NCBI GenBank assembly: GCA_001275005.1
Contig: JWZX01003214.1
Location: 1 to 49,115, forward strand
Source of the DNA: Chrysochromulina tobinii
Taxonomy: Eukaryota
Direction of reading: 5' to 3'
Length of the DNA: 49,115 nt
Numbering within the stretch: position 1 is the stretch's first letter; each line of letters begins with the position of its first letter. Made by a program: the position numbers and the translations under genes. Under the pieces are notes generated by a model. It was given only the letters and a program-made list of their open reading frames with translations, did not search any database and was not told where the DNA came from. Shown here one piece after another: positions 42,066-49,115 of this stretch.

Positions 42066-44654
42066 ATGCTGCTCGCGGCCGTCGGCCTGACGGCCGCCGT
42101 CGACAAGCTCACGCTTCCAACCTTCCTGAATTCTCACATGGCGCTGCAGCGTGCGCCGCTCTCGGCACGCCTCTGGGGCTGGGCGTCACCCAATGCGACC
42201 GTGACCGCTGCGATGGATGTTGAGAGTGTGAAGGCGACGCCCGATGCGGACGGGCTGTGGATCGTCGAGCTGCCCCCGCAGCCAGCCTCAACGGGTAAGA
42301 CGATCATCGTCACGGACGGTACGACCAGAATCACGCTTGACGACGTAGCCTTCGGCGATGTGTACCTCTGCTCCGGGCAGAGCAACATGGAGTTCAGCGT
42401 CAACGCCGCATTCAATTCTACGCTCGAGATCGCCGACTCGGTCAATTACCCCGACCTGCGTCTCGCAACGGTGCAAAGGGCCATGTCCGACAAGCCAGAG
42501 CAAGATGCTCCGTCCAAGGCCAACTACACATGGGCGCGCTCGAGCCCAGCAGCCTTCGCGCCCGCCGGCGGCGACAACTTCTCGTGGTTCTCGGCCACGT
42601 GCTACTTCTTCGGGCGCGAGGTGTACAAGGTGCTCGGAAACGGCAAGGTACCTATCGGCCTCATTGCTTCCGACTGGGGCGGCCAGAGTGTCGAGAGCTT
42701 CTCGTCGCCCGAGGCGCTAGCGGACCGCACCTGCGGAGGTACGCTGCCTGGCCATGCCGCAGCATCGTCGAGCCAGGACTATCCCTCGCCGCCAGGATCG
42801 CCAGGACTATCCCAAGCCGCCAGACCGCCAGGACTCGCCCTGCCCGCGGATGAGCCCTGGCCAGGCCCCTCACAGCTGTGGAATGCCATGATCTATCCCC
42901 TCCGGTTGATGCGATTTACCGGGGCTACATGGTATCAAGGGGAGGTATGTGGCACGGAGTCCTTGCTCGGCCTGGCAGTCTCATGCCACTGCGCCCGGCC
43001 GTCCTAGCTCGCTCACCAGCCACGCGGCACGTCTCTCGGCGCGCCGCGCCGCACGCGCGCCCCCGACGCAGGTAAATAGGGCCGACCCTGCTGGATACTA
43101 ACCCTAACCCAACCCCCAACGCAGGCGAATTGGGCCGACCCTCCTGGATACTCCTGCCGATTCCCGGCCATGATCGCCGACTGGCGCCGCCAGTTCGGGC
43201 TGCCCGATCTCTCCTTCTTCTACGTGCAACTCGCCCCGTATCGCCTGGACTTCTCGCGCTTCCGCTTGGCACAGGGTGCCGCGCTGCAGCTGCCCAAGGT
43301 CGGCTTCGCAGTCGCCATCGACCTAGGTGACTTGACGAGCCCCTACGATGCCATCCATCCGAGGCGGAAGCAAGAGGTGGGCCGGCGTCTCGCACTCTCG
43401 GCACGCGCCATCCAGTACGCCGACCGATCCGTCGTCTACCAGGGGCCGACCCTCTCGGCTGCCCAGTTCGTCTCGAGCAACACGATCTGGGGGACGAGCT
43501 ACGGCGCCCGCCTGAGCTTCGTGCCCGGAACGGCGGACGGGCTGCATGCGGCCGGCACAGCCGATTGCGTGGCCTGCTGCGAGGAGTCGCCTTTCGAGGT
43601 GATGGACGCCACGGGATTGTGGACGCGGGCCGCCATGGGCATCACCGGTGATGAGGTGTCACTCCGTGGTGTGCCGCACCCCATCCAGGGCATTCGGTTC
43701 GATTTCGAGGGCATGCCGCAGTGCTCACTGTATAATGGCGTGGGCGGCCCCGACAACCATCAGGGACTCGCGGCACCGCCCTTCCAGTACTGCGCGTACG
43801 GCACGCACGACGGCCAGCCTGCCTGGGCCGCCTCCTGCGAGCCCAACGAGTGTGCTCCCGTCGGTATTCCTGTGCCGTCCGCCGGAGTCGCCGTGGCAGT
43901 GGCCGCCCTGGGCTTTACTGTTCTCGTCCCACTGCCACAGTTCTTCAAGCTTGCAAAGGCACGCTCTTCCGCTGGCGTGAGCCTGTTCACAGTCATCATC
44001 ACGATGTTTTCCTCGATGCTCAACGTTGGCGCAGCTCTCATCACAAAGTGGCGTCAGATCACCGCATGCGGACACCTTGGTTGGAGCTGCGTCCCCAACC
44101 TGCTCGACCTGTTCCAAAACATACAAGTGGCCATTATTGCCGCAATCCAGCTGGTCATGGTTGTGGCATACCCGCCGAACGCCAAACGCGCGCGAGCCAT
44201 GGCGGCGACCACCCTCGGCATGGCAATCATCCTTTGGGTTGCATGCGTGTGCGCATCACTGGCGGCGCCTTGCGGGAAGCGCACGCTTGCCTTCGCTGCC
44301 GTGCAGAGGTCTGCCGGCTCCCTCGCTGCCCTGGTGCATTACGCTCCGCAGCTTCTCGCCACGTGGCGGCACCGCGCGTCGGGCTCGCTCTCCCTCCTAA
44401 CTTACACGTTGCAAGTCGTGGGAGGCTATCTCAACATCTACCAGAGCATCACTCAGGGTGTCTCCCCATGGCCTGTCTGGACACCATGGCTGATCTCTAC
44501 GAGCATGCAGAATGCCGTGCTAGTGAGCGCATTCGTCTTTGACGCGCGGCGGTGGAGGGCACGGCAACGGGCTCGAGGCAAGTGCGCGCTGCCCGACGAT
44601 AATCTTGTGAACAGCTCCGAAAGAGAGCCTACACCCCCCCCGCCGTCCAGCTGA
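42066..44654 (+). CDS. Sialate O-acetylesterase (SASA/SGNH) fused to a C-terminal double PQ-loop membrane domain; intron 42945-43124
   Basis: FGDVYLCSGQSNME, FSATCYFFG, PIGLIASDWGG, LWNAMIYPL, WYQGE|AN, FFYVQLAP, IHPRRKQEVGRRLA. The same ORF continues into VPLPQFFKLAKARSSAGVS and YAPQLLATWRHRASGSLS with TM helices. Confidence 0.88.
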
Positions 44655-46020
44655 GGGACAGTGCGGGTGCCGTCCTCAAGGCACTCTTCCAAAGCCCTCC
44701 GCTGGGCAACTACTCGTACGACGCTTTCACCGGCAACTCGCCGACTGTCGGTGGTGAGTGTGGTAGAAAAGTTGTCTTTTGTCTCACCGGAGGGACCGCG
44801 TACGCTAAGAGAATGACGGCGGGTAACCGCGTAACCTTTCTGGGCGGCTAGCGCGAACCGAACTGTCTCCCCCTTGGGGCAGGGGGCGGTTCGTTGATCC
44901 CCCCTAAGAGGAAACCCCACCGAAGCATATAACGGCCAAATAGTTACGGCCCGGGGTTCACCTCATCCTCAACATGATGACAGCACTCCGGGTGACACCT
45001 TTCGTAGTTTCGTATGACCTTACGCCGCCGCCCCCCCTCACGAACGCGATGTCGAACCCGCCCCAGCGCCAGCCCCCTTTTCCGTAGGGGAAGTTCGGGA
45101 CGTAGAACACCTAACACCACGGCGCACAGGGAGGATTTTCCAATGCGTTTGCCGTTTCACGGCCCGCCCCAAGGTGGGGGGGGCGTCGCGCCGTAGGGCG
45201 ACGGCATACGATACGTCGTTGTGGCCCTCGTCCGTGGTCCGGACTCCGGACCGACCCCTTACCGACCCCTTACACTGAGTTCAAAATCAGGTGGTGGGGA
45301 TAGTGTGTGAATCCAGAAAGAATACCCTCCCCTACCCCTTTGGGTCAAGTTACCCGCGGGGGGCCGGCCGTGCCCGCCCCCTGTGCCGGCTGTGCCTGTG
45401 GCGTGTGGGGGGCGGTCCGGCGGTGGGGATTTTGGTTTTTGCGATTTTCTATCACATCCTAGGATTGTCTCACATATCCTATGTACGTACAGGGCTGCGC
45501 CGTCCGAGGGCCAATGCCGAGGGCAAGGCGCTCGTCGTGTTCAACATTGAGCGCAACGTGCAGCTCGCCATCGGACGACCTCGCGTCGAGGGCCGTTTCA
45601 ACGATCGTGAGTTCGTGAAACTGCGCCAGTTTGCGTTGGAGGGCGCGACGGCGCGTGAAACATGAGTCATGACCATGAGTGGAGACGGGAAGCAACGGTC
45701 GAATGACCCGGAATCGCAATCAGACAGCAGCCGGTACATCGATGGGGTCCACGCACACCGGCTTTTGTGGGACAACAAACGCGCAAGAAGGTTGATGCGC
45801 TTGCAAATTCACTTGCAAATCAGACGCACCGCGCACCAGATCCGTCGTCGATCGTCGATCGTCGATCGTGCGGTCAGGCCGTATACGCACTCCGCACTGC
45901 GTCCCCGGTAAACACACCAAGATCGATGCCCCGAGGGCAGGCTCGCTCAAACAAATGCGACATCGCCTCCCGACCGATGTGCGATGAACCGATGTCTCCG
46001 CGCGGCTATCTCCGGCGCGC

Positions 46021-47094
46021 CTACGAAACCGTAATGGATATTTTGCCCACGTGATCACTGACGCCACCGGCGCCACTGCCGGCGCTGTAATTGAAGGCCA
46101 GCGCGGCGTCCTCCAGGCTGAAGGATCGATCAACGGTCGCCCGCAGCCCGCCCGAGCGGACGAGTGCCGCCAGCTCGTCGAGGGCCTCGAGAGCAAATGC
46201 CTCGAACTCTTCGCCTGTCGCGTAGTTGAGTTGGCGCACGCCGGGCTTCGGGTTGGCAGAGAGGCACGGCGGCCCTTGCGTCTTCTTGGTGAAGCACTCG
46301 CCGTGGGGGAGCAGCAGGTACGTGCCGCCCGGTCGAATAGCATGCATCGCCTTATCGGCAGTGCCCTCGGCGCCGTAATTGTCGTACACGATGTCCACGC
46401 TGTCATCGGGAAGCGTGCCGAAGAGATCTACTTGCTTGTAATCGACGACGTACGTAGCGCCGAGGCTCTTGACAAAGTTGATGCTCGCGTCGCCACTCGC
46501 TGACGTCGCGATATGCGCCGCGCCCCACGCCTTGGCGAGTTGGATGCCTATCGAGCCTGTGCCACCTGCTCCTGCGGTGATGACAACGGTGAGGTTACCC
46601 TTGGTCCAGGGCGAGCCCTTTGGTAGAGGCGTGCCCGGCTCTGAGGCCGTGCGCTTGAGCGACATGAGCGAGGTGAGGCCAACCTCTGGGATCGTGCCCG
46701 CCTCGAGGTGGCTGATCGATGGCTTCAGACCGATGCTCGTCTCGGCGACTGCGACGTAGTCCGAGTAAGCGCCGGTGCCGAGCGTCCACACCTCGTCGCC
46801 GACATTGATGCGCGAGCAGTCGTCGCATTGTACCACCGTGCCGCTCACGTCCGCTCCGCACCTACCCACGGTGCAGGCGCCTCCCTCAACCTCGTCCACA
46901 TCAGAAGGATTTACCGATGTGGCATTGACACGAATGAGCGCAACGCCATGGCCCACCTTGGGCACGGCGACCATGCGAAGGTGCACGCAATCCACGAAGG
47001 GTGCGGCGCACGGGCCGGTCGTGCGCACTTGGCGCATCGTCGTTGGCGGAGCGGCCGCGTGAGCGGCCGCGGCCGCGATCGCGATTCTCAGCAT
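46021..47094 (-). CDS. MDR-superfamily NAD(P)H-dependent oxidoreductase (quinone reductase-like), with signal-like N-terminus
   Basis: IRVNATSVNPSD, GADVSGTV, GAYSDY, VVITAGAGGTGSIGIQLAKAWGA, LGATYVVDY, GKISI. Confidence 0.9.
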   Translation of the reverse strand: MLRIAIAAAAAHAAAPPTTMRQVRTTGPCAAPFVDCVHLRMVAVPKVGHGVALIRVNATSVNPSDVDEVEGGACTVGRCGADVSGTVVQCDDCSRINVGDEVWTLGTGAYSDYVAVAETSIGLKPSISHLEAGTIPEVGLTSLMSLKRTASEPGTPLPKGSPWTKGNLTVVITAGAGGTGSIGIQLAKAWGAAHIATSASGDASINFVKSLGATYVVDYKQVDLFGTLPDDSVDIVYDNYGAEGTADKAMHAIRPGGTYLLLPHGECFTKKTQGPPCLSANPKPGVRQLNYATGEEFEAFALEALDELAALVRSGGLRATVDRSFSLEDAALAFNYSAGSGAGGVSDHVGKISITVS

Positions 47095-47244
47095 GTTCGG
47101 CCTTGCCGATGAAGTGAAACGAACAGCGTGAAAAGTGGTCTAGTTGCGAGCAGGCTTGACTTCATTTATCCGTTTGCGCCCGCCCGCCCGCCCGCCCCCC
47201 CACGTCGACTTTAGCTGGTTGATCGCGCGCGCGCGCTTCAGAAG

Positions 47245-48868
47245 ATGCTTCGCGCAGCCGTGTCGACGGCGCTCCGGCGGCCGGCGTCGTTGTGCCGGTC
47301 GCAGCCGGTGCGGCGGTTTAGCAAGCGGACGGACGGCTTCGACGAGGCACTGCCGCGGCGCGACATCATCGCGCCGCTCTTCTTCGCGGGCGTCTATGCG
47401 GGCTCATGGGTCGCGGCCGACGAAGGCCGCATCCAGTCGCTCGCAGAAAAGGTGGACGTGAACACGGACCCGACCAAAAACCCGACGCCCACGCAGCTGT
47501 TCCACCACTTGTGGCCGTATGTCGCGGGCACGCTCGGCATGCTCTTCGAGTCGGTCGCATGCAAGTTCAGCCAGACGAAGGACATGGAGTGGCTGTGCAC
47601 GACCGCGCTCAACGACGACGTGAACGCGGCGGTGGCGCTCTCGCTGCTCACGCCCCCGGCGGAGTTCTCGCCCGCGTTCACGCGTGCCATCTGCGACCGG
47701 AAGGGCGCGCTCCGGCGCGTCAACGAGATCGTGCAGATCTACAAGACGTTGCCGCGCGACCAGCACGACGACGTGGTCGTCAACGCGTGCGTGGTGATGG
47801 CGAAGGTGGCGGCGCTGCCCGAGCTCAAGGCGGAGGGGCTCGCCGTGGCCGACTTTAGCTGGATGATGCCCCCCGGCGAGAAGGCGCCGCTCTACGCGCA
47901 GTACGGTCTCGAGGGCCTCCAGATGCTCTGGCAGTCGGACACGCGCAGCTTGCTTTCGTCAGGTGGCGTGCTGCGCACGTATGAGTTGCTAGAAGGGAGC
48001 CCGCTGCGCCCGAGTAAGCTGGAGAGCTCGGTGATCAACCAGCTGCTCGCGCACCGCCTCTTCAACCAGTTCGTGTTGCGGCGCGCCGAGCTCCTCGAGC
48101 AGGTGCGCTGAGGGCCTCTGAGGGCCTCTTGAGGGCCTCTTGAGGGCCTCTGACGGCCTCTGATGGCCTCTGACGGCCTCTGATGGCCTCTGATTGCGTT
48201 CCTCATCACTCCTCGGGCAGGGGCGCGCGCTCGAAACGGCGCTTATGCGAGAGACGCGCGCGGTCGGCGCGGCCCAGCGCCCCAAGAACGTCTGGCAACG
48301 GGCGGGGGTGCAGAGCGGCGAGTCCGAGATGGAGATCTCGTCGCGCGTGCGCTCGGCCGAGCTCGAGGCGGTGCGCGGCAGCTTGCGGGTGCTCGAGGCC
48401 TACCAGCCCTCGAACGCCCTCACGTACCTCGAGCAGTACACCCCCTACATCTCCATGGCGAGCGCGGCCACGCTTGGTGCCCTCTACGGCGGTGCGCGCG
48501 GCTACTTTCGTGGCTGGTACCAGGACGTGACGCCTTCAGTCTGCCGTGAGCTCGCCGCGCACGTGGGCGCGCGCGCCGCGCTGGGCGCCCTCATCCTCGT
48601 CGCCGCCTTCGAGTACGCGCCATGGCTCAAGGCTCAGGCGCTCAAGCTCGCGGGCGAGAGCGAGGTGACGTGCTACTCAGACTCGAATGCTCTCAAGCAA
48701 CTCGTGGCCATCGACTGCGCGTACCTCGGTGTGATTGGGCTCGTCAACTTCGCCTTCCCTTTCTGCCTCGTGCCTTGGGCATGCAACGTCGCACAGATCC
48801 TCGTGCTCCCGAGTCAGGCGCCCGCGAGCGCGCGCAGGACGAACCCGACGTCGACGACCAAGCAGTGA
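47245..48868 (+). CDS. Hypothetical membrane protein with mitochondrial-type presequence; intron 48103-48220
   Basis: MLRAAVSTALRR presequence. Two GC3-rich ORFs joined by a phase-0 intron. C-terminal TM segments. Confidence 0.7.
48103..48220 (+). other. Repeat-filled intron with duplicated exon end
   Basis: CTCCTCGAGCAG|GTGCGC versus CTCCTCGGGCAG|GGGCGC. GGCCTCTGA(G/T/C) filler. CCTCATCA cassette directly before the duplicate. Confidence 0.85.
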
Positions 48869-49115
48869 AATTGTCTGATGACACCAGGACGACGATGATG
48901 TGACCCAGGCTCGGTGACTGTGATCGACGTGGCAAAATGACGATGCTTGGCGAGCGAGAGACGTTCTGCGTGCCGTGTGCTGCGGTCAGGTCAAATGGGG
49001 AAGTGATAAAGTAATTGGGCTTGCAAATCATGTTGCAAATCCAGCGCTTCCACACACCGCACAGCCGGACGTTCCAGCTTCCACCGGAAGGACCCCCGCT
49101 CCCCCGGGGGCGCCC

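Noticed and set aside
1..49115. Autonomous transposon, tRNA or rRNA genes
   Set aside because: No transposase, RT or integrase motifs and no recognisable structural RNA genes seen by eye.

Overview
Gene-dense, GC-rich eukaryotic nuclear DNA with spliceosomal introns. It looks like a haptophyte alga (Chrysochromulina-like); this is inferred from gene content and style only. About 19 protein-coding genes are supported: MYST acetyltransferase, bacterial-type uridine kinase, Sld2/RecQ4-N-like protein, DnaJ/DnaJ-X, coiled-coil protein, MFSD5-type transporter, ankyrin protein, MsrB, CDC50, IRE/RIM15/MAST kinase, CENP-I/Mis6, NIPSNAP, 2OG-Fe(II) oxygenase, EF-hand+HET-like+LRR protein, F-box/Kelch, a possible dioxygenase, sialate O-acetylesterase fused to a PQ-loop domain, MDR oxidoreductase and a mitochondrial membrane protein. 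The main unexplained structure is a set of about 15 apparently young introns. Most consist of a variable-length (about 6-40 bp) duplication of exon sequence that supplies one splice site, plus a shared cassette that supplies the other, padded with sense-oriented 9-10-nt repeats. Also notable: two AG|GT zero-length-exon sites, many intergenic patches that read like complemented-but-not-reversed (mirror) DNA, a 79-bp element upstream of two genes, and four +1 homopolymer frameshifts that are probably sequencing errors. All family assignments come from recognised motifs, not database searches.
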